A stretch of DNA of 64,000 bases. It comes from an uncultured Desulfurococcales archaeon (lineage in GTDB: Archaea > Thermoproteota > Thermoprotei_A > CAZTBM01 > SZUA-1508). The DNA lies in NCBI GenBank assembly GCA_964611985.1, contig CAZTBM010000008.1, positions 3,008 to 67,007 on the forward strand. The letters are read 5' to 3'. A program made the translations under genes and the position numbers. Of this stretch, positions 28,600 through 38,088 are shown in pieces; within the stretch, counting starts at the first letter, position 1; every line of letters begins with the position of its first letter. The notes beneath the pieces were generated by a model that made no database searches, was not told the DNA's origin, and was given only the letters and a program-made list of their open reading frames with translations.

Positions 28600-29760
28600 A
28601 TGGTGAAGAGAAGCTATATCGCTATAGGTTTAATAATAGTTTTATTGATAATAGCTGGTACCCTCTCATATGCTAACTTACTAAAGCCTACCACAATAAC
28701 CACAACAGTAACTAAGACTATAGTAGAGACTAAGAAGTATACTATCACAACGATACGTACTACAGTCACTGCATATACCGTTACAACAACTTTGACTTCG
28801 ACGAGAACTTTAACACAGACAGAAATGATAACAACAACTGCAACAATAACAAAAAAGTACCCACTGACTATAATTGATGCTCTGGGAAGAAGTGTTACAA
28901 TAAAGCATATACCATCGCGAGTGGTCTCACTAGCTCCATCAATCACTGAGATGTTGTTCGCCTTAGGACTTGGAAAATATGTTATAGGTGTAGATACATT
29001 CTCTAACTATCCGCCTGAAGTAGTGAAGCTAAAGAAAGAGGGAAAGATAGCAGATATAGGAAACTTCTGGAACCCAGATATCGAGAAAATAATCAAACTT
29101 AAACCAGATCTAGTAGTTGCTGATGCTGGCGCCCATGCTAAAATACTAGAGAAGTTCGAGGAACTAAAATTACCAGTCATATATGTTCATGGTGGAGCGG
29201 CGACAAATGCAGAAGACATAACTAAAGACATAATGCTATTAGGCTTAATATTTAACACCTTAGACTCTGCACAAAGACTAGTAAGTGAGATACGAAGTCA
29301 GATAAACTATGTTGTTACAAAATTGAACAATGCTAATGCCTCAAAAGTTAAGGTTTTAATTCTACTAGGGCCACCATCAATGGGATTATGGAGTACGGGA
29401 TCAGGAACATTCATTAACTATTTAATAGAGGTTGCAGGAGGAGCGAACATACTATCAAAGTATCATAGCTGGATACAGGTAGGGTATGAGGAAATAGTTA
29501 AAGGAAATCCCGATGTTATAATCATAACAGTTATGGGCACTAAAGAAACAGCACAAAAAATAATAGAGGAGCTTGAGAAAACGCCATTAGCTTCAACTAA
29601 TGCTGTTAAAAACCATAAAGTCTACGTGCTTATAGGAGAGGCAGACGACATCATTACTAGGCCAAGTCCCAGAATAATTGAGGCCCTGAATATGCTAGCA
29701 AAGATATTACACCCAGAGATCTTTGGTGAGATAGCGCGGGACGACGTTATTCAAGGTTAA
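28600..29760 (+). CDS. btuF: cobalamin/corrinoid ABC transporter substrate-binding protein with Thr-rich linker
   Basis: N-terminal TM anchor, ~55-aa Thr-rich stretch, RVVSLAPSITEMLFALG, PDIEKIIKLKPDLV, RPSPRI; heads the corrinoid salvage operon. Confidence 0.85.
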   Translation: MVKRSYIAIGLIIVLLIIAGTLSYANLLKPTTITTTVTKTIVETKKYTITTIRTTVTAYTVTTTLTSTRTLTQTEMITTTATITKKYPLTIIDALGRSVTIKHIPSRVVSLAPSITEMLFALGLGKYVIGVDTFSNYPPEVVKLKKEGKIADIGNFWNPDIEKIIKLKPDLVVADAGAHAKILEKFEELKLPVIYVHGGAATNAEDITKDIMLLGLIFNTLDSAQRLVSEIRSQINYVVTKLNNANASKVKVLILLGPPSMGLWSTGSGTFINYLIEVAGGANILSKYHSWIQVGYEEIVKGNPDVIIITVMGTKETAQKIIEELEKTPLASTNAVKNHKVYVLIGEADDIITRPSPRIIEALNMLAKILHPEIFGEIARDDVIQG

Positions 29761-29777
29761 CTGTAGGCTTTAAAACC

Positions 29778-30824
29778 ATGAATGACGTTATGAGAGAATA
29801 CACTATAAGGAAGAGCAAGTTTATAGCAACTGTAATAGTACTCAATATAATACTCTTTCTTGTAATCTTTTTATCTTTGGCTCTAGGAAGTACTGGTTTA
29901 AGCCTGACGAATCCTATAGGTATTTTGACCAAAATTGTTAATGATATCCCGCTTACACCAGAAGAAGAAATACAAGTAAGCATTAGGCTTCCCCGCACTC
30001 TCTCAGCTATAGCTGTTGGCGCGCTTCTTGGTATATCAGGAGTACTCATTCAAACGATAACTAGGAATCCTCTGGCAGAACCGTTTCTCTTAGGTTTATC
30101 ATCTGGCGCATTAGTTACTGTAAGTCTAAGTGTACTTTTAGTACCATTTTTAATTTACTATAAGTATCTATTAGCTCTTTCTGCCTTCTCGGGAGCTATG
30201 ATTGCTTTTACAATAACATTTATTATAAGTGAGGCGGTTGGCGCAACTGTTACAAGTCTCATACTTGCTGGTATAGCGGTTACATCATTATTCTCCGGGG
30301 TATCACACATCCTTACATTTCTAGTCCAAGTTAAATTGAACCGTCCATTCTTGTTATTACTTTTAGGAACATTCTCAACATCAATGATGAGCGATATCCC
30401 TTTACTCGCTGCCTCCTTGATTGTAGGTTTTACTCTAGCTTTAATTATGGCTAAAAGACTAAATGCTATTATGTATGGTGATGAACATTCATTACAGCTA
30501 GGTTATAATCCCATCTTTACTAGAAGAGCTGCAGCTCTTCTAGCCTCATTCATGACTGGTGTTTCTGTATCTATAGCTGGGATAATAGGGTTTATAGGGT
30601 TAGTAGTACCACATATGGCCCGTTTAATCATAGGATCCGATAATAGATTTGTACTAGTCTGTGCGGCGTTGATAGGCGCTATAATACTATGTTTAACTGA
30701 TATGGTAGTTAGAGTATTTTCATTATACGGTTTTGGCGAATTGCCTGTAGGTGCTATAACTAGTATGTTCGGGGCACCATTCTTCATATATCTTATTATA
30801 AAAAGGCTGAAAGGGAGGGTATGA
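29778..30824 (+). CDS. btuC: FecCD/BtuC-family ABC permease
   Basis: RLPRTL, RNPLAEPFLLG, GIIGFIGLVVPHMAR, ELPVG. Confidence 0.88.
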   Translation: MNDVMREYTIRKSKFIATVIVLNIILFLVIFLSLALGSTGLSLTNPIGILTKIVNDIPLTPEEEIQVSIRLPRTLSAIAVGALLGISGVLIQTITRNPLAEPFLLGLSSGALVTVSLSVLLVPFLIYYKYLLALSAFSGAMIAFTITFIISEAVGATVTSLILAGIAVTSLFSGVSHILTFLVQVKLNRPFLLLLLGTFSTSMMSDIPLLAASLIVGFTLALIMAKRLNAIMYGDEHSLQLGYNPIFTRRAAALLASFMTGVSVSIAGIIGFIGLVVPHMARLIIGSDNRFVLVCAALIGAIILCLTDMVVRVFSLYGFGELPVGAITSMFGAPFFIYLIIKRLKGRV

Positions 30825-30832
30825 AATAGCTA

Positions 30833-31606
30833 ATGATAATAAAAGTGGAGAATGTTACATTTAGTTATAACTCAATTAAGGCTTTGGACAATGTTACCTT
30901 AGAGTTTAGAGAAGGATTACTCTATGGCATAATAGGACCTAATGGAGCTGGCAAAACTACATTCCTTAAAGTATTAGCAAAAATACTTGAACCAGCCACT
31001 GGAGTAATCTACATAGACGGAAGAGCACTTAAGGAATATAGTAGAAGAGAAATAGCTAAAATACTCTCCTATGCATCAACAGAGATACCAAAAGGATTCA
31101 ATACAACAGTATTAGAATTTGTTTTAACAAGTAGATATCCTCATATGAAGGGTTTTTGGGAGACAGAAGAGGATCTAAAGGTAACCAAGGAAGCACTATC
31201 CAAGGTTGAGGCTCTTCATTTAGTTAATCGAAGACTTGAACAATTAAGTAGTGGAGAACTTCAAAGAGTGCTAATAGCTAAACTTTTGGTACAAGGGGCA
31301 AAAATACTATTAGTCGATGAGCCAACGGCACACTTAGATTTAAAGTATAGAATCGAAATAATGCATTTACTTAAAGACCTAACGAAGAGTAGGAAAATGA
31401 TAACAATAATTACATTACATGACCTAATGTTAGCTGGGTTATGTGATGAACTAATATTACTCGATAAAGGAAGAGTAATTGCTATTGGAAAGCCTAAGGA
31501 TGTACTAACGAGAGACAACATAATGAGAAGCTATAAAGTTCTAGTAGAAATAATCGAACATAAAAGACTAGGTACTATAGTTATACCTATAGAGCCATTA
31601 AGGTGA
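30833..31606 (+). CDS. btuD: ABC transporter ATP-binding subunit
   Basis: GPNGAGKT, LSSGELQR, LLVDEPTAHLD, LHD. Confidence 0.88.
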   Translation: MIIKVENVTFSYNSIKALDNVTLEFREGLLYGIIGPNGAGKTTFLKVLAKILEPATGVIYIDGRALKEYSRREIAKILSYASTEIPKGFNTTVLEFVLTSRYPHMKGFWETEEDLKVTKEALSKVEALHLVNRRLEQLSSGELQRVLIAKLLVQGAKILLVDEPTAHLDLKYRIEIMHLLKDLTKSRKMITIITLHDLMLAGLCDELILLDKGRVIAIGKPKDVLTRDNIMRSYKVLVEIIEHKRLGTIVIPIEPLR

Positions 31607-31612
31607 AGAATC

Positions 31613-32764
31613 ATGAATGAGACTTCATTTAAGCTCTTTACAATTAATGTCTCCAAGGAGAATCTTATAATAACACTTAAGAGAAATGGCATGGGTATAG
31701 CATCAACTGTTATCGGCGGAGGAATGCGTAAAGAAATTAAACATATAGTATTCCATAAAGTAGATAAGAACTTCAAAGGGGATCCAAAGGTTGAAGCTAG
31801 AAAAACCCTTAAAAAATTAAACCTAGACGAACATGAAGCTATCGTATTTTTAACAGCAGTAGATGTAAGTAAAGACTATATAGTAGTTGAAGAATCGCTT
31901 AATGATATTATAGTGTCAGTAGTTGTAACCCTTGGACTAACAAATGCAATCACTATACCTACATCAATTGATGAAGCTCGGTCCATAGCATTACATAACC
32001 TCGTAAAACCGCATACTATTAACATATTAGCTGTTGTAAATAAGGCTATGACTCATGAGGCATTAGTTGATGCAGTGAAAACTATAACTGAGGCCAAAGT
32101 ATATGCCATGTATTCTTTAGACCTTAAAGTTAATGGTAAATTAGCTGTGGGAACATCAACTGATGCTGTTGCAGTAGTGTCCTTAAATGAAGGTGAACAA
32201 ACACCTTATGCTGGAGTACTAACTTCTATTGGAGCTTTATTATCCACTCTTACATATAGCTCCATTATAAAATGTGCTGAGAGTAAGTGGGGCTTATGTA
32301 GACAACGAGGAATTTTAATGAGATTAAAAGAGTATGGTATCGATTTATCTGATATTGTAGAGGCAGCTTCAAGATTATTTATACCTCATGGAGACTTGTC
32401 TAAAAATAAGGTAAAGGAACTTCTAGAAAATGAAATTAAGGGTACATTGAAAGATGTTAATGTGACTTCTCTAATACTCGCCGCTTTAAAACTTCATGAA
32501 AACGCTATGCTAAACCTATTACCTGGTATTACAGCTGAAGAGTATAGTAAAGATCCAGTAAGGCTAGTGGCAGACGAAATATTAGGTTTGGCTTTAGCAT
32601 TATACTTGAATGGATGGAATGCCGTTTTTGAATACTACCGTTATGATAGGCTTAAGCCTGGTATACTTTCAAAACTGCCTCCATTCTTAGATGACATTAT
32701 TGGAGCACTTATAGGTGGTGTAACATCGAAAATATACTCAAGAGAGTATAGGGGTTCTATGTGA
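31613..32764 (+). CDS. cbiS: CbiZ amidohydrolase fused to CobZ-type alpha-ribazole-phosphate phosphatase (CbiS architecture)
   Basis: N-half FLTAV, HTINI, GTSTDAVAV (CbiZ); C-half DVNV, LVADEILG, RYDRLKPGIL..L.PFLDD (PgpA/CobZ-like). Confidence 0.8.
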   Translation: MNETSFKLFTINVSKENLIITLKRNGMGIASTVIGGGMRKEIKHIVFHKVDKNFKGDPKVEARKTLKKLNLDEHEAIVFLTAVDVSKDYIVVEESLNDIIVSVVVTLGLTNAITIPTSIDEARSIALHNLVKPHTINILAVVNKAMTHEALVDAVKTITEAKVYAMYSLDLKVNGKLAVGTSTDAVAVVSLNEGEQTPYAGVLTSIGALLSTLTYSSIIKCAESKWGLCRQRGILMRLKEYGIDLSDIVEAASRLFIPHGDLSKNKVKELLENEIKGTLKDVNVTSLILAALKLHENAMLNLLPGITAEEYSKDPVRLVADEILGLALALYLNGWNAVFEYYRYDRLKPGILSKLPPFLDDIIGALIGGVTSKIYSREYRGSM

Positions 32765-33381
32765 AGGCTATAGTTATGGCTGGTGGTAAAGGCTCGCGCT
32801 TAAAACTGCAATATGAGAAACCATTGATACCCTTATATGGTAAGCCTTTAATCGAATGGGTTATTGAGACTTTACATAAAACGCCTAGAGTGCGCGAAAT
32901 CTATGTAGCAGTATCAAAAAATACACCAAATACGCGGAGATGGAGTATAAGTAGAGGATTGAAAGTAATTGAGACTATGGGTAAAGGACTGGTCTTCGAT
33001 ATAGTTGAAGCAGTTTCAAATATAGGAGGTGAAGCGCTAACGATAATGGCTGATTTACCGCTAATCACTCCAGTAACACTGGAGACTATAATAGAAATCT
33101 ATCAAGACATGCGAGAGATAAAAAGACCTAAGATTATAACAGTTCTAACTCCTATAGAGGATTTTAAAGAATATGCAGATTCAGAAAGTCTAATACCCTA
33201 TCCTTACCTAAATATTGATTTCCAACCTACAGGGGTAAGTATATTTAATTTAGAAGGTAAGGATGAAATAGTAATTATTGCTGGATTTAAAACAGACTTC
33301 ATAAATATCAATACAATTAATGAATTGAAAATAGCGGAGAGGATATTATGTACGAAGTACATGGAGGAGATGTGTGGCTAA
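32761..33381 (+). CDS. cobY: GTP:adenosylcobinamide-phosphate guanylyltransferase
   Basis: MAGGKGSRL..EKPL, ADLP, ININTINEL; cobalamin operon context. Confidence 0.85.
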   Translation: MKAIVMAGGKGSRLKLQYEKPLIPLYGKPLIEWVIETLHKTPRVREIYVAVSKNTPNTRRWSISRGLKVIETMGKGLVFDIVEAVSNIGGEALTIMADLPLITPVTLETIIEIYQDMREIKRPKIITVLTPIEDFKEYADSESLIPYPYLNIDFQPTGVSIFNLEGKDEIVIIAGFKTDFININTINELKIAERILCTKYMEEMCG

Positions 33382-34451
33382 TAGGAAACCCTAATAACAT
33401 AATAGATTTTAGTTCTAATACTAACCCTCTAGGACCACCATCTATAATTAGAGATTACCTTGAAGAGGCAATAAAAGAAGGCTATTACCGATACTATCCC
33501 GAAATATCCTATGATAAGTTAAGAGCTTCTATCATAGAATTCGTCAAAGAAACGTATAGAGAAGAGATATCATATAACCATGTAGAAGTATTTAATGGTG
33601 CTAGTGAATGTCTCTATAAGGTATTTGAGCAAATCAAGCCTAGAAAAACCCTCCTTCTAAGACCTAGCTATAGCACGTATTGGCATTTAGCTAAATTGTA
33701 CTCAAGAGAAATAATCAACATTGACTATACTTTTAGGGATAGCAATATCATTGTTAATTATGACTTATTATTTAACTTTGTAGAGAAACTTTCTAGAGCA
33801 AAGGACAGAATCCTAGCGGTGATATGTAACCCTAATAATCCCACTGGCACACTTATAAAGATAAAGGCTATAGAAGAAATGCTTGAAGCGCTAGAAAACG
33901 GCTATATTTTGGTTGATGAGTCTTTTATTGACTTCGTAGAATACGACTCTATGATTAGACTATTGAAAAACTATAATAACTTAATTATAGTTAAGTCGCT
34001 AACTAAAATCTTTGCAACTCCTGGTCTCAGGATGGGATTTTGTATAGCTGAGCCTAAATTAGTGACCAAGCTGGCATTAGTATCTCCTCCTTGGAGAATC
34101 GGCACTATAACAATGTATGTCTATTCAAAATTATTAGCTAACATAGGCTATGTTCGAAAGTATATAGCGAATACAAGGAAATATGTAAATGAAGAAAGAC
34201 CATTAATTTCTCATAAGTTATCCAAATTAAATCTTAAAATCTATAATAGTGAAACACATTTCATGTTAATATCACTTAATGGCCTCATTAAATCATATGA
34301 ATTAAAGGATAAATTGCTGAAAAAATGTAAAGTATTGATACGTGATGCCTCCACTATTCCAGGTCTAAATGAAGACTTCATTAGAATTAGCTTAAGAAGC
34401 CACGAAGAGAATAAGATACTAATTAACTGTCTCAAGGAGGTATTACCATGA
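33348..34451 (+). CDS. cobD: L-threonine-O-3-phosphate decarboxylase (class I/II aminotransferase fold)
   Basis: HGG, DFSSNTNPLG, NGASE, CNPNNPTG, DESFIDF, SLTKIFATPGLRMG. Confidence 0.85.
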   Translation: MYEVHGGDVWLIGNPNNIIDFSSNTNPLGPPSIIRDYLEEAIKEGYYRYYPEISYDKLRASIIEFVKETYREEISYNHVEVFNGASECLYKVFEQIKPRKTLLLRPSYSTYWHLAKLYSREIINIDYTFRDSNIIVNYDLLFNFVEKLSRAKDRILAVICNPNNPTGTLIKIKAIEEMLEALENGYILVDESFIDFVEYDSMIRLLKNYNNLIIVKSLTKIFATPGLRMGFCIAEPKLVTKLALVSPPWRIGTITMYVYSKLLANIGYVRKYIANTRKYVNEERPLISHKLSKLNLKIYNSETHFMLISLNGLIKSYELKDKLLKKCKVLIRDASTIPGLNEDFIRISLRSHEENKILINCLKEVLP

Positions 34452-35215
34452 GAAAAATTAAGGCTCTAATTAGCTTTTACACGATAATACCTTTAAAAGA
34501 ACATGATATGGAAGGTGCTGCTGAAGTAGCACATTTTTCACCCTTAGTCATAGGCATTATTGTAGGCGGATTAGCGGGTATTGTAGGTATGGTTTTAACG
34601 CAAATATTACCACCTTGCACCTTATGCGTGATTGTATTCTCTATTCTCCTTTTGCTAACGGGATTTAGCCATATTGATGGGTTAATGGACGTAGCTGATG
34701 CCCTCATGTTCAAAGGGTCAAGAGAGGAGAGATTAAAAGTATTACATGATAAGTATAGTGGTTCAGCAGCAGTAATAACAGTGTTCATTGTTGAGATGAT
34801 TTCGCTCACTTCTTTACTGACATTACTCCCATATAACTTAACCATTATGATTCCGTTGCTAATAGTAGTCGAAGTATTAGCACGAATACCTCATATACTA
34901 TTAGCGTACATGGGTCCTCCTCCAAATTATAGAGGGTTAGGTTCCATCTTTGTAAGTAAGCTCTATAGGAACAGAAACAAAATACTAAAGTCTCTTTCGG
35001 CAACACTGGTAACTTTAGCAATACTAGCCTTCCTAATAGGTATTGTAATAAAGCTTATTATAGCACTTATATTGTTGATGATAACCACTATACTATTCAG
35101 AATGCTGATAGTGAAGAACATAGGTTTCATGACAGGTGATTGCCTTGGAGCATCAATAGAGATTTCACGAGCTATTGCTCTTATTTCACTCTCCACCAAT
35201 ATCCCAATTCATTAA
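34448..35215 (+). CDS. cobS: cobalamin synthase
   Basis: SFYTIIP, TGFSHIDGLMDVADA, GFMTGDCLGA. Confidence 0.9.
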   Translation: MRKIKALISFYTIIPLKEHDMEGAAEVAHFSPLVIGIIVGGLAGIVGMVLTQILPPCTLCVIVFSILLLLTGFSHIDGLMDVADALMFKGSREERLKVLHDKYSGSAAVITVFIVEMISLTSLLTLLPYNLTIMIPLLIVVEVLARIPHILLAYMGPPPNYRGLGSIFVSKLYRNRNKILKSLSATLVTLAILAFLIGIVIKLIIALILLMITTILFRMLIVKNIGFMTGDCLGASIEISRAIALISLSTNIPIH

Positions 35216-35227
35216 CGGTTAGAGAGT

Positions 35228-36148
35228 ATGTATGAGAACATAATCATATTGGCTATAGCTGTACTAATAGACCTGGTTTACGGAGAGCCCCCTTTAGACA
35301 TTCATCCTGTAGTCATCTGTGGTAAAATAGCTAGTAAGTTTACTAAACCCTATGGGAGTAAAATTTATGGTATATTCTTATGGATTATATCTGTTATACC
35401 ATTACTTATGCTCTTTTACATGTTAGAGATCTTTACGAGGGCTATTGGTATAATAATTTATATTATCGTTATGGCAATAATATTGAAGACCTCATTCTCA
35501 ATAGGCTTAATGAATAAAATTGTAAGAAATGCCATGAAATACGTAAAAGAGGGTAACTGGCATCTAGCAAAGGAAAATATTCAGCAATTAGTTAGGAGAA
35601 ATGTATTTGAGCTTGATGAAGAGCATACCCTATCAGCATGTATTGAATCTATAGCGGAAAGTCTTGTTGATGGTGTAGTAGGTCCCCTTTTCTACTATCC
35701 AATTCTAGGAGTCCTAGGTGCTATGCTTCAGAGACTAGCTAATACCATGGATAGCATGGTCGGATATAAAACACCAGAATATAAGAACATAGGATGGTTC
35801 TCTGCAAAAATAGATACAATATTAAATTTTATCCCAGCTAGACTTACCGCTTTGATGATTATCTTAGCATCCCTCATACTTAAACTAGACTGGAGAAATT
35901 CGTTAAAAATAGCTTTGAGAGATCATAGTAAAACTGCTAGTATTAATGCGGGTTGGCCCATGTCTGCTATGGCCGGAGCCTTAGGGGTCCAGCTTGAAAA
36001 AATAGGTCATTACAGATTGGGTGATAAGATTAAAATCATAAGCATAGATGATGTTGAGAAAGCATTGAAAATATATAATACTGTCTCGGCTACCTTTATT
36101 CTTCTAATAGCATTATTTTTCATACTCGCATCTTTATTTTCGCTTTGA
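35228..36148 (+). CDS. cbiB: adenosylcobinamide-phosphate synthase
   Basis: GEPP..HPV, ESIAESLVDGVVGP, NTMDSMVGYK, NFIPARL, SINAGWPMSAMAGALGVQLEK. Confidence 0.92.
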   Translation: MYENIIILAIAVLIDLVYGEPPLDIHPVVICGKIASKFTKPYGSKIYGIFLWIISVIPLLMLFYMLEIFTRAIGIIIYIIVMAIILKTSFSIGLMNKIVRNAMKYVKEGNWHLAKENIQQLVRRNVFELDEEHTLSACIESIAESLVDGVVGPLFYYPILGVLGAMLQRLANTMDSMVGYKTPEYKNIGWFSAKIDTILNFIPARLTALMIILASLILKLDWRNSLKIALRDHSKTASINAGWPMSAMAGALGVQLEKIGHYRLGDKIKIISIDDVEKALKIYNTVSATFILLIALFFILASLFSL

Positions 36149-36157
36149 GCTTTAAGG

Positions 36158-37594
36158 TTATATTGTAAGTCCTGTTTTTCTCTTCAGTATTGCAGCTATT
36201 ATAATGTACAGCTGGATGAACTCTATTCTTCCAAGGTACATTCCTAGAATTAAGAGTATTTTACCTGGTAAGACAAGGCTAGCTGATGCTATACCCACCG
36301 ATAATCCTACACAGCTCATTGCTGATGTCATTTCGAAGAGTGAGTCAATAAATGAGGTACCACTAACCCATGAAAGGGCTACAGCCAAAGTGAAGTCAAT
36401 GATAACATATGTTACTATAAAGTTAAGTGCGCTAATTAGCATCTCATCGGTTATACATTCTTCTCCAACATTTCTTCTAACACTAATAGGTATTGTAACT
36501 ACTGTTCGAAGAGTAGACCAGGAAAGATTTTTCATGAAAATTACAAATCTAAGTACTTTAATTCCTCCTGCCGTTGAGAATGTAGCTCCGCCAATAAACA
36601 TGCCAGCAATTAGTAGAGCTTTACTGACATCGGAGAGGTCCGATAATGACGTCAAGGTAAAACCTGTAGTCGTAGACCCTGAAACCATATGGAATGTTCC
36701 ATAGATTATAGAATGGTAGAGATCAACTTTATCTACAAGGTATAATGACATAGAGCTAAGTAGACATAGAACTAGGAGAACTACTAGATAAGCTTTAAAC
36801 TCACTTGATTTAAGTAGTTTGCTGAATTTGAATGTAATAAGATATCTTAAGTCGCCAAAGTTAAGTGCTCCTAATACCATGAATAGTAAGATTGGATAAA
36901 TTATTATAGGAGATCTATGGTATATTGGAGCAACACTATCATTATATATGCTCATACCACCTGTTGCAATAGTTGTTAATATGTGATTTAATGCCTCAAA
37001 GAATGTCATACCGCAAGCCATATACGATATTAAGCCAGCTACTGTCAATACAATATAAATTAAGGTTATAGTTTTCGCTGAGGAAAGAACTGTTGGGGTA
37101 AGCTTTCTGCGTTCAACAAGGTAAACTCTAGTAATAATCCTATAGGCATGTGGCAATAGAATTACAGCAAAAACTACGACACCCAATTCACCAACCCATT
37201 GCATTATACTTCTCCAAAGCTGAATGGATGGCCTTAATACTTCAACATCACTTATAACCGTAAAACCTGTTCCTGTAAAACCACTAACACTCTCAAAGAA
37301 GGAGTCATATATGGGCATGCCAGTATCAAGCGTTAGAGCTATAGCTGAGAATAAAGGTACAAGAAGCCATAATATAGCAGCAGAAATGAATGCTTCGTAG
37401 GGTGTCAGCTGCTTACCGTACTCAATAATCCTGCTAAAAGCTATCCCAGTAAGTAACAGTAGAAGCGCAATTATTGTAAATGGTTGTGAGGGTTCATAGC
37501 CTAATAACAAGTCCGTTAGCGGGACTATTAACATTAAACCTCCTTCAACAGTAAGAATGGCTAATATAGTGGCAACTATGCTTCTAGCTGCCAA
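36158..37594 (-). CDS. trkH: TrkH family potassium uptake protein
   Basis: FFESVSGFTGTG, QWVGELG, TIATGG, TTTG, GGATFSTAGGIK, SCVGLSVG, GRIE. Confidence 0.92.
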   Translation of the reverse strand: MAARSIVATILAILTVEGGLMLIVPLTDLLLGYEPSQPFTIIALLLLLTGIAFSRIIEYGKQLTPYEAFISAAILWLLVPLFSAIALTLDTGMPIYDSFFESVSGFTGTGFTVISDVEVLRPSIQLWRSIMQWVGELGVVVFAVILLPHAYRIITRVYLVERRKLTPTVLSSAKTITLIYIVLTVAGLISYMACGMTFFEALNHILTTIATGGMSIYNDSVAPIYHRSPIIIYPILLFMVLGALNFGDLRYLITFKFSKLLKSSEFKAYLVVLLVLCLLSSMSLYLVDKVDLYHSIIYGTFHMVSGSTTTGFTLTSLSDLSDVSKALLIAGMFIGGATFSTAGGIKVLRFVIFMKNLSWSTLRTVVTIPISVRRNVGEECITDEMLISALNFIVTYVIIDFTLAVALSWVSGTSFIDSLFEMTSAMSCVGLSVGIASASLVLPGKILLILGMYLGRIEFIQLYIIIAAILKRKTGLTI

Positions 37595-37784
37595 TACCTT
37601 TTACCTCATAGTACAGTGAAACCTTACTGTAATCAAATTTATAAGGTGATCGCTTTAAACTGTAAATAGCTATAGTGTTAAATGGTGTAAAGTAAGGAAA
37701 ACTTTAAACCAGTCATATCTATAGCAGTGTCAGTTAGAGAGTAACTTAAGATACGCTACTGACAGGAGCGGGGTTTACTCTACC

Positions 37785-38084
37785 ATGGAGATTAAGATAG
37801 ATAGAGAACTAGTAGTAAGACTAGCATGGTTAACAAGGTTGAAAATTACAGAAAAAGAGGCAAAGAAACTAATCGAAGACTTCAAGAGAATAATAGAATT
37901 CTTTAACAAGATAGATGAGTTAAGAGAAGTGATTAAGGAAACTGAACCATTGTATCATGTATTGGAGTTAAGTACAGTAGTTAGATCAGATAAGCCGAAA
38001 ACGCCACTATCAAGAGAGGAGATATTGTCCATAGCGCCTGAGTCTGAGGAGGGCTTCATCAAAGCTCCATGGAGGGCTAGATGA
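37785..38084 (+). CDS. gatC: Asp/Glu-tRNA amidotransferase subunit C
   Basis: LAWLTRL, VVRSD and EGFIKAP motifs; immediately upstream of gatA. Confidence 0.85.
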   Translation: MEIKIDRELVVRLAWLTRLKITEKEAKKLIEDFKRIIEFFNKIDELREVIKETEPLYHVLELSTVVRSDKPKTPLSREEILSIAPESEEGFIKAPWRAR

Positions 38085-38088
38085 AGAC

